Shown: positions 23,230 to 36,690 of the stretch, piece by piece
Position numbering within the stretch: position 1 is the stretch's first letter
Layout: every line of letters begins with the position of its first letter
DNA from: Octopus vulgaris
Lineage: Eukaryota
Length of the DNA stretch: 64,000 bases
Reading direction: 5' to 3'
Assembly: GCA_951406725.2 (NCBI GenBank)
Contig: OX597815.1
Span: 13,888,001 to 13,952,000, forward strand
Made by a program: the position numbers and the translations under genes
Notes under the pieces: model-generated
Databases searched by the model: none
Seen by the model: only the letters and a program-made list of their open reading frames with translations
Told to the model about the DNA's origin: nothing

Positions 23230-23645
23230 AGCACTCCCTCCTCCAGTCACTTGATGTAGGTCTCCATGTTGATTCTGAGGCCGAGTAGCAAGATTAATGG
23301 AGGCATAACGTAACCATCATTAGTGATCACTCCAAACACCATGATAATGGGTGGATGTGAGATTTTTTTCTCACTCGGTACATGTTTTGGGGAGACGGCA
23401 AGCCAATGGTTGTTCTGTTTGTTCATCATCTTTTTTATTGCTGCTTCCTGCGCGGATGCCAAGCAGTAGAGTATGTAATTCCCAAATTTCTGGCAGAGTG
23501 GTTTGCGTCATGATGCTCATTTTTTCACAGACGGCGCCCAACTGACCTTACTATACTGCGTAGTCAACAAAAAGAAAAACTATCAATACGCATGCGCGAA
23601 ATAAAAAAATATAAACTGGACACAACTTATCCATCGCACCATGTG
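23230..23645 (-). mobile_element. Internally deleted maT/mariner-like transposon fragment
   Basis: QNNHWLAVSPKHVP...IMVFGVITNDGYVMPP..GLRINMETYIK, homologous to 39163-40461. Confidence 0.8.
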
Positions 23646-23698
<53 letters not shown>

Positions 23699-24232
23699 GA
23701 GAGGAAAAAGTAATAAGGCAGGATGCTAAATTGATAGTAAATTTTAATAGAAATGGATGTATGAAAAATTAAAATAGGAATCAAGCCGCCTCTCATTCCA
23801 AGGCAAATTCTCAAGATTTGGAAGGGGAATTTTTTTTTAAACTGAGGAATGGGAAAAAGAAATTTACAAAGTTTTTTCAAAAAAATAATAAATATACAAG
23901 ACTTAATAAATAAGTATACTGATACATTATTGTGTCTAAATGTCTTTTTCTGTTCAATATTAGTCTATGGAAAAACTTCTTTAGAGGATTAGGATCCATG
24001 TATATATGTTTATATTACGTTGATGTACTTACATAGCAAGTGACTTGTTCTGTGATTGTGTGCTGAAACAAATGCAATAGCAGCGTGGAAGGTGTTTATA
24101 AGCCATTTAAAAGCATACAAAAAACCGTTACGTTTACTTCAACATATAAATTTAGTTTGTCAAAATATTTTTGAAACTGCGACCTATCCACTGACAAAAT
24201 TCCGTGCTGTATATATATATATATATAAATAT

Positions 24233-24578
24233 ATTAATAGAATTTCTGAAAGACTCTCAAGATGCCTAGAGGCATATAGATTTACTTTCGCAAAATGTAG
24301 TAGGAATGAATTTCAGTAACTCTTATAAATCTATTATATTGTACGCTCTTGTTTTTCCCAATGATGATAAATTGCTTTAATCCGAATGCTCTCTGAAGAT
24401 GAAGAATTCTATTCTCGCATTTATGTATAGGCTGCATTTTGGCAATCCGAAGAGTAACGATAAGTAAGATATGTTACGTCACCTATTTTGTTAACTCATG
24501 TTCTGTATTAAAAAAATTAACTATAAATGTGGTCCAGTCGATGTGTTGGTTAATAGATGGTTTCCTCCATTTTCTCAT
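24233..24578. repeat. Interspersed repeat with a rearranged second copy at 22175-23015
   Basis: Segments match 22175-22275 (direct), 22705-22850 (inverted) and 22960-23015 (direct). Confidence 0.75.
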
Positions 24579-24751
24579 CATTTGCATTGGTTCCTGATAA
24601 ACTCTTGTTTTTCCTGTTGTTACATGCACGCTACGTGTATGGTGTGCCTGCACACCAATACCCGGCGATAAAACAGATAAATGGGAACGATAGTATATAC
24701 GGATAATTTATCCCTTAGTTGGTTACTATAACCGCTAACTCTGCTTACATG

Positions 24752-24803
<52 letters not shown>

Positions 24804-25414
24804 ACGGCGTGCATGTATAGATGTGCGTGTGTGCGTAAGTATGTATGTATTACGGACAGATTGACGGATGGATGGATGGAAGTTTGGATGGATATACCAA
24901 GGGAAAAGTAAATGAACATCATTTTATAGAGTTAATAATAGACCGTGTTGTGTCTGCGTTTGTGTGTGTACGTGTGTACTGACTAGAGCTCAATAACATA
25001 TTGGAATGCATTTTAATATATAACAATGGTAGCAATATCACTTGCAGCCATGAAAATATATATCTCATGGATGACGGGGCACATGTATAGAACGGGATTT
25101 ATCATTTCGAGCAGGAACTGAGACAGATGGAATATTCAGAATTCTAATCAGATGTACCTTCAATGAAATGATATTAAGATGTATATAGATTTATGTGTTT
25201 TTGTAACTGCTTATCTTATTTTCCTTATATATATATATATATGTCTTATATTTTACTATTTATGTATACAATACATACTCATATATAAATTTGTATATGA
25301 AAGTATATGAGCAGTTACACATGAATTCGTATCTTCTGACGTGTAACGTCCATATGCATTTATGCACACACACACACACACACATTCACACACACAGATA
25401 TATATGCGTATCTT

Positions 25415-25584
25415 TATATATGTTTGTGTATGTGTGAATATATAGATGTATGTACTGATAGATGCATATATATATATATATGTATCTGCGTATGTATGTA
25501 ATCATATATGTATGTATATATGTATGTTGGTATAGATGTATATATGTATATATGCATGTATATATGTATATGCATATATATGTG

Positions 25585-25617
<33 letters not shown>

Positions 25618-25744
25618 GTATATATATATGCATATATATATATGTATACATATTTGTATATATAAATATGAATACATATATATACATATATACATGTATA
25701 TGCATGTATATGTATATATATGTTTATTCATATATATGCACACA

Positions 25745-25801
<57 letters not shown>
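25415..25801. repeat. Degenerate (TA)/(TATG)n microsatellite
   Basis: Direct inspection. Confidence 0.95.
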
Positions 25802-25802
<1 letters not shown>

Positions 25803-25803
<1 letters not shown>

Positions 25804-25995
25804 CGGGAAGCTTTATGAAAATAAACAAAAGCTTTATGAAAATAAACGAAGGCAGGTGGAGTACAAACAAACAATTGTTTTAGTATGGCGCTCAGGAATA
25901 TAAATAAAACAAGTCTTTTACGTTTCGAGCCTACGCTCTTCAACAGAAAGATACACAGAAAAGAAACCTGGAGAGAAACAAGGAGAGAAAAAAAA
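25803..25995 (-). mobile_element. Short Penelope-type repeat with hammerhead-like motif (subfamily 2)
   Basis: Homologous to 52020-52170 and embedded in (TA)n. Confidence 0.65.
25915..25950 (-). ncRNA. Minimal type-I hammerhead-like motif (CUGUUGA core variant)
   Basis: CTTT-CTGTTGA-A-GAGC-GTAG-GCTC-GAAA-CG-TA-AAAG. Confidence 0.55.
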
Positions 25996-26146
25996 AATAT
26001 ATATATATACGTATATATTGATATATGTATATATATATATGCATGCATACATATAATATATATGTTTGTGTGTGTCTGTGAGCGTTGTATGTGTGTCTGA
26101 TGACAAATTCCTCCGTGCTATAAAGGTACAATACCTAATCCTTCTG

Positions 26147-26187
<41 letters not shown>

Positions 26188-26289
26188 CTAAGAAATATGT
26201 ATATGTATATACATATACTTATAAATACACACATATATATATAATAACCGGAAAGCACTGGTCTTTTCATAATTTAAATATGAATTTAA

Positions 26290-27311
26290 GCTACGTTAAT
26301 TTCTAAGTAATCATCCAAGATTAATTAAAATGCATTAGTCGCCAGCATTGGCAAAATGTTAATATATATATATATCATTTAAGGAAGACATATTTATGAA
26401 ACCCGTAGATTAATATAACATGGCTCTAGGGAAAGCTGGATATAGAGACAAAATAGTATACCAGTATAGTATTATTTAACTAAATATGATAATATTAATC
26501 ATAAGTTAAGAACTAAAACTGCAAAGTTTGGTAATACAATTAAACCTAAAACTAGTAGTAAAAATATATTTAGTATTAATAATTTCTCAATTAATAAACC
26601 GCTAAGTCATGATGTTAATCAACTCAAAACGAATATGAATCAACCTCGATATATTAAACAAAATATAGAAAAATCTAATATTAAATTATCTTATAAACTT
26701 AAGATTAATAATAAACCACCATTCAATAGCAATAGTTATTCTTGTAATGACAAAACATAATCAATAACATAATCACATAATGATATCAATAATTACCTGA
26801 AAATAGCAACACCATTGATAATTAATACAATATTCGCAATAGTAAAAACAAATCATATACTCCCTCCATTAAATCTACAAAATCTAAAATGTATTACAAG
26901 ATATCTAATAATATTTGTGATGAACCTTATACAATTTGGTTAATTATTCAATATGCAATGTAGATTAAATATAATATAATTAAATCGATATATAACTCTA
27001 TCCATAAGCATTTTAATACTGATAAACATTGTAGCACAATTATCAGTTATAAAAATAGCAGAATTAGTTCTAGTCTTCTTCTTTACCTGTTCTTAAGTAT
27101 ATTATCCATTTAACAGTGGACAATGAAATTATTTCTACTCTAATAGGCGCAGGCGTGGCTGTGTGGTAAGTAGCTCGCTTACCAATCACATGGTTCTGGG
27201 TTCAGTCCCACTTTGTGACACCTTTGGCAAGTGTTTTCTACTATAGTTTCGGGCTAACCAACCTTGTGAGTGGAATTTGTAGACGGAAACTGAAAGAAGC
27301 CAGTCATGTAT

Positions 27312-27359
<48 letters not shown>

Positions 27360-28170
27360 CTGTGTGTGTGTATGTGTGTGTATGTATTATATATGTATGT
27401 ATGCACTTATGTATATATTTGTGTGTCTGTGTCTGCCCACACCATCGCTTGATAACCGACGTTGGCGTGTTAACGTCCCCTTAACATAGCAGTTTGGTAA
27501 AAGAGTCCGGTAGAATTAGTACTAGGCTTACAAAGAGTGAGTCCTGGCGTCAGTTTCCTCCAGTTAAGGCGGTACTCCTCGGAGATAAACGAGGTATTAT
27601 TTCATCTCAAGTTAAGCCTATCATGCCAATCAATAATACTGAGTGCTATAGATTTCCGAATGACGGAAGGGAAATAACTCATAAAACTCCCTTACTATCA
27701 ATTATTCTAATCAATATACGCATAAAGATATACACGAATGCTCTGACTGCAAAGTTAAAACTAATATTATATTTTAAAATTCATATAAGCAAGATAACGT
27801 AGTCAACCAATCTACTGTAAAATTTAAGGAAAAAAAATATCATTATTTAGGCTCTACCGAAAATAGGATTAAAATCAGAGTAGCCCACCACCTACAGAGT
27901 TTTAAAGATACGAAAAAAAAAATGAATTGCACCGGATGAAATAAGTACATATGGGATTTAAAGGATAATAACAGTGAATTTAAAATTAGATGGGACATTA
28001 TTTGTTCGCTAAGTTCTTAGAGAGTGTCAAACAGGAGATGTAACCTCTGTACAAAAAGTTGCTTTTAGAAACCTTGCATTAAAAATGAATTACTCAGTTT
28101 ACGAAAAGAAAATGTATTTCGTGTATTCATGCAGCGAAATATGTGTTCTCTATGTTTGATTTTAAAATAT
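26290..28170 (+). pseudogene. Decayed Penelope-like element (RT thumb plus GIY-YIG endonuclease)
   Basis: SNHP...EDIFMKPVD*YNMALGKAGYRDKIVY and HYLGSTENRIKIRVAHHLQSFK...KYIWDLKDNNSEFKIRWDII...RRCNLCTK. Many stops and frameshifts. A SINE is inserted at 27146. Confidence 0.8.
27146..27575 (+). mobile_element. SINE family B inserted in the Penelope remnant
   Basis: GGCGCAGGCGTGGCTGTGTGGTAAGTAGC...TAAGGCGGTACTCC. Confidence 0.88.
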
Positions 28171-28284
28171 TCAGTTATATTATAGGATAACATACCTATA
28201 AACGTGTCAATGCATGCATGCAGATAGATCGATCAGAGCAAAAAAAAAAATGACAAATTCTCACAAATGCAGACATAAACTGAA

Positions 28285-28620
28285 AAAGCAAGAGTTTGAT
28301 CTGCTGTATTAAAAGCCCTAACTGCGAGAAACTATATACTGGCGAGACAGGGAATGCATTATCGGAAAGCTCATGAGTCCACAGACAACAAATCAGGAAC
28401 ACAAATGTTCACCAAATTCCATTTTGCGAACATATAGAAATAGGTGAGCATAAAATACTTCTAATTTTTTCCTTTCCGCAAACTACATGACACAAATGAG
28501 GTTGGAAGAAAGATATAAAAAATAACGTTTTATTAAAAATTTCGAACATTTTCTAAACGGAAATAACAATAATAACATAACAACCACTCAATGAAGTGGA
28601 TTTTAAAATATCTTTAACAT
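28285..28620 (+). pseudogene. Second, different Penelope-like GIY-YIG remnant
   Basis: KSLICCIKSPNCEKLYTGETGNALSESS*VHRQQIR fits NLIYxIxCxxCxxxYIGETGxxLxxRxxxHR. Confidence 0.7.
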
Positions 28621-29292
28621 ATGAATATAAACACATTACAGAAGACTCCCAACAGCTGAAATAAAAACGATCGAAACCAACTAACTTTGCTCACTCATAA
28701 AATCCTTACATGTAAATCGCAAACAAATTGGTTAGGATAAAGGCGGTATCTGTGCCAGTAATATCGGCGCTTCTTGACGTTTAAGCTGCATGCGGATTGG
28801 TCCAAACTGTATTCGAAAGAATCAGCATGTGACAGCCTTCTAAGTGATATAAAAAGGAAGAAGTCAGTCATTTTACTACAGTTGTTAAGACCTCAACTGT
28901 CAGTTAAATACGTTTTGAAATCTGATGATTACTAGAGATGTATGAAAGCACTAATTGAACTTTATGAACATTACAAAATATTTTTTCAATGTTTAACGCA
29001 CTTTAACATTGTAAAAATTTGTTTTTTCAAATACCAAAAAAAAATCGTGAAAAACAGACCAAGTTTCAACTTTATTCAACCGATCTATATATATAGAAAT
29101 TTTAAAGAAATTTGAAAAAACTGAACACGAAACCGGTCATTTCTTCTAAACTATGTCATTGTATGAAAAAAATTTATAACATTCTTCAGACATATTGACT
29201 CAAATATATATTTTTTAACCTTTTAAAACAAGCCTACTGTAGTCTTTTCACTTTTTACTATTTTATATATATATATATATATATAGATAGAT

Positions 29293-29323
<31 letters not shown>

Positions 29324-30161
29324 GAGACAGACAGACAAGCAGACAGATTAGGTAGATATCTAGATTTCTATATATCATATGTACACACAAGCAACTTTGG
29401 GTAGTATTAATTGTGATCGACAACTAAAGAAGAATTAGGGTCCTTGTGTCTGTCCTTCGTGTTTGTGTTGCAGCATTTAATTGTTATTTATTTATGGAAT
29501 AACTGAACGTCTCACATCCCGTCTTTTGTTAACTGTAATTATGCATAATTTTTTGCGACTCTATATTTCTTTCTTTCTTTCTCTTCCAACCTAATATTCC
29601 TTTTCTAGCATCCCTACTTCCTCTCCCCTTCTCTCTTGTCTTCTCACACTTAATTCTAGACTTTCACATTTCCTTACTCTGTTCTCCCTCTCTCTCACTC
29701 TTTCACACACACAGACACACTCTCTCTCTCTCTGCTGTCTACTCTTTCCCTGTCTGTCTCTCATCCTACTTCCCTTCTGTCTGCTCGCCACACGTGACCT
29801 TTGACTGATTTTCTATTTTCTGCCGTTTTGTCACCGGACGACTGGAGAGCTGGTCAACTTTTTCTCCTCTCTTACTAATTCTGTTGTTTATATCTCTTTG
29901 AGGATTTCTTCCAGGCATTAGACCTTGATTCTGGTGTTTGCTTGACACGCCTTATTTATTGTCTTGGTCTATCGCTTCAAATTATATTGCTTTCCTACGT
30001 CCACCCTGTATTGTTTTGTTTGCAAATCTTGTGGGGTTGCTGATATACGAAGTTCCCAATCTTATCGTTAAAGGTACGAACTGGGTATTACAATTTTTGG
30101 TCGATAGCTGGGAAAGAATTATTTATGGAATAACTAAACGCCACACCCCCGACATTTATAT

Positions 30162-30244
<83 letters not shown>

Positions 30245-30957
30245 CAGACAGAAACAGTGAGACACAGAGAGAAAGAGAGACACAGACAGACAGACACACA
30301 CACACAGATAGATACTTAGATAAAGATATGTATATATAGATGTACACCTGATTATGACCGACAGGAGATGAATGACTACACCAAGCGACTGAAAGTAAAT
30401 TATTGGTATTTAACGACATTGAAATGCAGATGAGTAACTGATTCTCAAACAGACCTCTTACTGGGAAGCAGAATCGAATAATCTCTATGGAGATTAAATC
30501 AAATTTCCGTAATCAATGTGTTGATACTTTAAAGGTAAGAGATATGACGCTTGATGTCATTTTGCTGAGGAAAATAAGTTCAATGAGTTACTTTTTGGTT
30601 TTGTTTTTAAATGTGCATCTAATTCGGCAGAAGAAAATTAACTATGTGTTGATTGAGGATGTCTCAGAGATAGAACTGAATGGCTTGTGTTTTCTGATAA
30701 GCAAAGCTTTTTATCGTTTCAAAGTATTTTTGTCCAGTGAAAAGAAAAAAATTAAATAGATAACATTACACACAAATCATTACCATCTAACACATACAAA
30801 ACCAAAATGACAATGTCAAAGACAAAATAAATTACTACAATTTTTACCAACAATTTGCAGACTTCAATGTCTACGATAAAAACCTTTATTTTTCTTTCTA
30901 CATTAATTAACCACGCAAATAAAACGAAATAAGAATTAGAATTATAGTTTTTGACAA

Positions 30958-31090
30958 AGGAGGTGAATTGGCAGAGTTGTTAGTGCGTTTAATAGAATGC
31001 TTTACAACATTTTTTTCCGAATCTCTGATATCTCAACGGGAATAGTACTTAGGTCAACTTCGCCTTTCATCGTTTAAAGTTCGATAAAAG
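30958..31090 (+). mobile_element. SINE family A, old fragment
   Basis: GGAGGTGAATTGGCAGAGTTGTTAG...GGTCAACTTCGCCTTTCATC. Confidence 0.6.
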
Positions 31091-32224
31091 ACGAATATAA
31101 AACGGCGAATTGTGGAAATATTAGAAAATCTCGTGGTTGCTCCAGCATCTTACGATATCACTGTAATGTCCGCGACGATACTGTTTTCGGTCCGTACCGT
31201 TCCTAAAACATTGGCCTTTCCTTTGGAAGACATCGGTAATATCGAGAGTGAAGATGCGTATTAATCCGCATTCCATAAATCTGAAATGAAATCGCATACA
31301 ATTGTTTATTTATTACCGACGGATCCCCCTATTATATTTAGGATAATGCAATACTTAATAAAATATTCTGTCCCACATCAGTCTATATTCAATGAACAAC
31401 CCCGAGTCATTTTATGTTTGCTGGAAACTAGTTATATAGATCGCTGATGCAGGGAATTTTATGATGCAATGTAATCGATACCTTCTTTTGAAATTGCTTC
31501 ACTGATTAAAGACAAATAAAGAGCACTGATTTTTTTTTTATGCTAGTATAGGCTCCAACAATTCCTTTAAATTTAGCGGAATTATAGGATTATATATCGT
31601 AAATTCAATGCAAATAATATTCCAGGAATTAATGGGTGGTCTTAACCACGGTGATGGCCAGTTAACCGTTTAAAACAAGCCAAGAGGAAACCAATGAATT
31701 TAGAAGAAATATCGAACTGTTGAAAGAAATATATTTGAATCTTCCAGCTGGTAATGATCTTAAAAACAGGCAATTGCTTTTAAAAGGGCATAAAATTATA
31801 CCCTAGTACATAGCATTGTTCTAAGAAGCCAAATGAAATAACCAAATATATTAGCATAAAAACCAACTTTCACCTCTCCATGTTAGGCAATGTTGTTAAG
31901 AATGATATAGAAAGAACATCCTTACGTTATAATTTCAAGTTATAGTAATGCGTCAAGAGACAGACAATGTTTTTTACATTAGAAGTAAGCAAAATGATCA
32001 GAATAGACACAGGCATAGAAACACAAGATGATAACTTGCACACCCCTTTTTTAATAATTAAGAGTATATAGCGGTATTGTCAAACATGCTTTTAACATTT
32101 CAGCCAAAATATGAAGCAGCAATTTGCCGAATTAGATTTGAATCTCCAATCGAAAGACCTTAACTTCCACAGGCAAATATTTTGAGAGAAGCATACAACC
32201 AGTGGGTATTTGCTAGAATATCTT

Positions 32225-33035
32225 ATATAGGTTTCGGCCTAAAATTGGTCCAGGTCATGTGTAACTTAATAGCACCAACTAACAGAATGTTAAGTCATTT
32301 TCACGTCACTTTATTTTTATATCATGAGACATTCAGGTTAGTTCGACTGGAGGAAATGTGTGCTGGTATAGGCGGCTTATCTGGTCCCCTTTATTTTTAC
32401 AGCGTTCTTTTAAATGTCATTCTATGATTTATTTGGGGATAACGTTCAATAGAGCAGGGTCTGTTGAGGAAAAGCAATGATGTTGCAGTGAATTTGTGTT
32501 GTGAGTCTGAATTGTGTGGCGGGCATATAGCATATGATACTAGATAGAATGAATTCTGAACCTGAAACTAAAGTCATCTGCGCAATGATGATGGTATATT
32601 ATCCACATTGCGTAAATGATTAGCGTTCTCAGTGGCACTTGAGAGAATAGAAATTCAGTGCTTTGAGTTGGTCCAAGTAATCAAGATCAGTCATAATTTT
32701 ATTTTCTCGGTGAATGCTTTCTTGGGTGACTCATTTCTACTAATGCTTTGATCGGTGTGGGAAGAAAACGGCTGCCTGAAGAATTCTAACTACGGCCGTA
32801 AAAGGAGGAGAAGAGAGGAATGATGACATCTTGCTCTCTGGACCGGAAAGTTCTGAGATTGTTGTCAACAATCCTAAGTTCCTGATCCTTTGAGTACTTC
32901 CTCTGAACGAAGAATATGATTGTTTGCGCGCAGTCTATATTCTTAAAATACATCAGTTCAAATCTTCCCTCATGTGCATATTTTGGCTTACTGCATGTAC
33001 ATCAGAATGGAGTTCATTTCGGTGTTCACCGATAA
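32225..33035 (-). mobile_element. Old decayed copy of the same CR1-group family as 33793-36415
   Basis: 3' end GGTTTCGGCCTAAAATTGGTCCAGGTCATGTGTAACTTAATAGCACCA matches GGTTTTTGGCCAGTATTGGCCCAGGCCATGTCTAACTTAATAGCACCA at about 33814. Confidence 0.75.
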
Positions 33036-33040
33036 GTATG

Positions 33041-33085
<45 letters not shown>

Positions 33086-33087
<2 letters not shown>

Positions 33088-33537
33088 CGGGCGTATGGAA
33101 CATTTTTTAAAAATTGTTTTTAAATATATTAATTCTAATCAGTTTTCGGGGCAATGCGACTTTTCAAGAATTGTAAGGTGAAAAGAATTTTTTTTTTATA
33201 ATTGAGGACGGGGAAAAAAGAAAATTACATTGTTTTTTTGCAAAAAAAAAATAATAAACATATACACAAATTTAAAAATAGGTACACCGATACATAACTA
33301 TTATTAAACTCGAGATACACAATGACTTTACAACGTATCGATGTACCTATTCTTTAATTTTTGTATGTCTTTATTATTTTTTTTGCAAAAAACAATGTAA
33401 TTATCTTTTTGCCCCTCCTCAATTATAAAACAATATTGTTTTCACCTTACAACTCTTGAAAACTCGCATCGCGACGAAAACCGGTTGGGATTAATTTATT
33501 TAAAAAAAAATTCTTTTTAATTTTCCATACACCCATT
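33086..33537. repeat. Imperfect foldback (arms about 205 bp, 41-bp spacer), each arm with a hammerhead-like motif
   Basis: 33086-33293 is the diverged reverse complement of 33335-33537. Motifs at 33131-33172 (-) and 33451-33492 (+). Confidence 0.85.
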
Positions 33538-33635
33538 TTCATTAAAGTTTACGTTCAATTTAGCATTCTGCCTTTTTATAATTTTTCCTTGCTTATCATT
33601 TCTCCACGTGCCGTCAACACAACCCCACCATTTAT

Positions 33636-33637
<2 letters not shown>

Positions 33638-33715
<78 letters not shown>

Positions 33716-33740
33716 GTATATATATATGTATACATATATG

Positions 33741-33792
<52 letters not shown>
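33638..33792. repeat. (TA)n microsatellite flanking the LINE 3' end
   Basis: Direct inspection. Confidence 0.95.
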
Positions 33793-33795
<3 letters not shown>

Positions 33796-36415
33796 CTTAG
33801 AATAACTTAGAAAGGTTTTTGGCCAGTATTGGCCCAGGCCATGTCTAACTTAATAGCACCACCTGGCGAAGTCTTTCAGTTCAGGATTTGGGCACCAAGG
33901 CCCATTCGAGCAGAGAGTTATTGTTTGCGGAGACATATCCGGGTGTGGATGGTTTGTCCGGTACTGTTTGAAGGAATTTGTCCAAAGACTTCTTGAATTT
34001 TGTGTGGTCAGTTTCTTTTTTGACGTGTCCTGGTGTAATGTTGAAGAGAGCGGGTCCAATTGAGGTGAAATAGTTGTGCCGTATTGTCGTTATGTGATGC
34101 GATTTAGATTTTTGTTGTGGACGGATGGCACGTGGTCCAAGCCTTGGATGCATTTTGAAGGTGATGCCAACATCATTCGGACAGTGCTGATGGAATATTT
34201 TCCACATCATACAGATAATGTAGCGTTCACGGCGTCGTTGGAGTGAATACAATTTCAGCTTCTCTAGTCTACCCCAGTAGTCAAGGTCTGACATGCCATC
34301 TATCTTTTTTGTGATTGACCTTTGGGGAGCTTCAATTCTCATAATATTTTGTTTTGTGTAGGGAGACCACAGTGGACAGCAGTATTCAAGGTGGGGTCGG
34401 GCAAAAGTGGAGAAGAGAAGGATAATAGCGTGGGAATCTCTCGACTGGAAGGTTCTGAGAATCCAGGAACACATTCTGCGGGCCATGTCAACTTTGCTGC
34501 TTATATGTGTAGCCCAGCTTATGTTGTTGTCCACTGTTACTCCCAGGTCTCTGATGTTGTTGGATGCCATGAGAATTTCTCCAGAAGGAAGAGAGTATGG
34601 GAGTTTCAGAGCGTCCTCCCTTCCAAAGTGGATCAGTTCGAATTTGTCTTCATTTAGCAACATGTTATTCTTTTCCGCCCATTGGACAACAGCCAGTAGG
34701 TCTGACTGAAGGTTTATTCGGTCATCCACGCCATTGATGACCTTCTGGAGCTTGGAATCATCAGCGAAGGTTCTGATGTTGCTGTGTTTGATGGTGTCAG
34801 TAATATCATTTATGTAGATGATGAAGAGAAGTGGGCCCAACACAGTGCCTTGTGGGACACCACTGCTGACTTTGGCTGGGCTGGATTTGACTCCTTCGAC
34901 TACAACATGTTGGGTTCTGTTAGAGAGGAAGCACTTGATCCATTGCAGCAGCTTTCCAGTGACACCAATATTGGACAGCTTTCTCAGAAGGATCTTATGA
35001 TCAACCCTGTCAAAGGCCTTGCTGAAATCAAGGTAGATGACATCAGTGTTGGAACCCTCTCCCAAGGCTCTCAAAATGTCATCAAAATGATGCAGTAGCT
35101 GCGTCAGGCAATCTCTCCCATTACGGAATCCATGCTGGTTGGGGTTCAGCATATTATGACTCTCAAGGAAGTAAGTCATACGCGATCTCAGCACCCTCTC
35201 AAATACCTTGATGATATGAGAGGTGAGTGAGATTGGACGGTAATTCACGGCAAGCGATTTGTTTCCTTTTTTGAAAACTGGGACAACAGACTGGGATAGA
35301 AGGTCTTCTGGTATATATCCAGCATCCAATGAGTTCCGCCACAGACTGGCTAGAGGGGGTGCAAGTTGGTTTTGACACATCTTCAAGACACAAGCAGGGA
35401 ACCTATCGGGACCTACTGCTGAATTATGCTTCATTTCCTTTATTGCTGCTAAGACATCAGGAGCGCCAAATGTTATGTCCGATAAAGTGTATTGGGGAGT
35501 AACATCACTGATACAGCCCAGATCAGTCATATCAGGATTGCTGAAAACAGAGCAATATTGTTTCTGCAATATTTCTCCCATGGTTTTGGCATTGTCTTGA
35601 AGAATATCATTTTCATCAATCAGAGGGCCAACAGTAGAACCAGTGACTCTGTGTTTTTTTTTTGCAAATGAAAAGAACACTTTGGGATTGAGTTTGATCT
35701 TCTCAATGGCCCAGGCCTCTTCAGCTCTTCGCTGACTATTGATGATAGACATCATGTTGTTTTGGAGTTTATGTTTTTTAATCTCTAGCGACGAGATGGC
35801 AGTCAGGTTGGTGTGTTGCTGTTGACAGTATTTCAGCATGTTGATCTTTTTGTTGATTCTTTTAATTTTCCTTATGAGAGATTTTCTATTTCTAGGGATT
35901 CGACACTTAGATTTGTTTGCAGATCTTATTGGGGTGTGTCTTGCACATATGTTCGTGATGGTGTCTACAAGTGACTGCCAGGACTTTTTGATGTTAGTGG
36001 GTGTGTATGTGTGCGTGAAGGACCAATCGACTTGTGCAAGATCATTATTGATCGCTTCCCAGTTTGCATTGTGGAAATCCATAGTGTCAAATGGATGAAC
36101 AGGAGGGATGACATTTGTTTTGCATTTTGGCCAGTGAAATCTCAGATCACAGAGAACCATGTCATGGTCGGAGAGTAGGGTTTTCTCCACTGCAATATTG
36201 TGGATAGTATCAGTGTGATTGCTGAAAATTAAGTCTAAGACGTTTTTGTGACATCTCGTTGGTTCGAGTACCAGTTGGGACAAGAAGAAGTCATCCATGA
36301 AGTCAAGAAGCGATTCCACTGCCTCCCTGTCAGGGGTTGAGAGAGAAGAACCTGGCGGCAGACTGTTTGTAGACCAGTCAACCCCGGGAAGGTTGAAATC
36401 TCCCATCATTAAAAT
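33793..36415 (-). mobile_element. Young 5'-truncated CR1-group LINE
   Basis: Uninterrupted ORF2 remainder, short 3' UTR and (TTCTAAGTTA)2 tail. Flanked by (TA)n on both sides. Confidence 0.95.
33881..36409 (-). CDS. LINE ORF2 (partial APE endonuclease plus reverse transcriptase), N-terminally truncated, 842 aa
   Basis: APE motifs GDFN, LDLIF and SDH. RT motifs [47 protein letters not shown] and RDLGV. The annotated Met is internal to the original ORF. Confidence 0.95.
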   Translation of the reverse strand: MMGDFNLPGVDWSTNSLPPGSSLSTPDREAVESLLDFMDDFFLSQLVLEPTRCHKNVLDLIFSNHTDTIHNIAVEKTLLSDHDMVLCDLRFHWPKCKTNVIPPVHPFDTMDFHNANWEAINNDLAQVDWSFTHTYTPTNIKKSWQSLVDTITNICARHTPIRSANKSKCRIPRNRKSLIRKIKRINKKINMLKYCQQQHTNLTAISSLEIKKHKLQNNMMSIINSQRRAEEAWAIEKIKLNPKVFFSFAKKKHRVTGSTVGPLIDENDILQDNAKTMGEILQKQYCSVFSNPDMTDLGCISDVTPQYTLSDITFGAPDVLAAIKEMKHNSAVGPDRFPACVLKMCQNQLAPPLASLWRNSLDAGYIPEDLLSQSVVPVFKKGNKSLAVNYRPISLTSHIIKVFERVLRSRMTYFLESHNMLNPNQHGFRNGRDCLTQLLHHFDDILRALGEGSNTDVIYLDFSKAFDRVDHKILLRKLSNIGVTGKLLQWIKCFLSNRTQHVVVEGVKSSPAKVSSGVPQGTVLGPLLFIIYINDITDTIKHSNIRTFADDSKLQKVINGVDDRINLQSDLLAVVQWAEKNNMLLNEDKFELIHFGREDALKLPYSLPSGEILMASNNIRDLGVTVDNNISWATHISSKVDMARRMCSWILRTFQSRDSHAIILLFSTFARPHLEYCCPLWSPYTKQNIMRIEAPQRSITKKIDGMSDLDYWGRLEKLKLYSLQRRRERYIICMMWKIFHQHCPNDVGITFKMHPRLGPRAIRPQQKSKSHHITTIRHNYFTSIGPALFNITPGHVKKETDHTKFKKSLDKFLQTVPDKPSTPGYVSANNNSLLEWALVPKS

Positions 36416-36427
36416 GTATATTTTAAT

Positions 36428-36690
<263 letters not shown>

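Noticed and set aside
30340-30540. Possible host exon (AG...GT bounded, short open frame)
   Set aside because: No polypyrimidine tract, no recognisable protein similarity and no partner exons.
31300-32200. Possible plus-strand RT remnant
   Set aside because: Similarity to RT motifs is too degraded to support without an alignment.
34322-36098. Plus-strand ORFs overlapping the RT
   Set aside because: Antisense shadows of the LINE ORF2.
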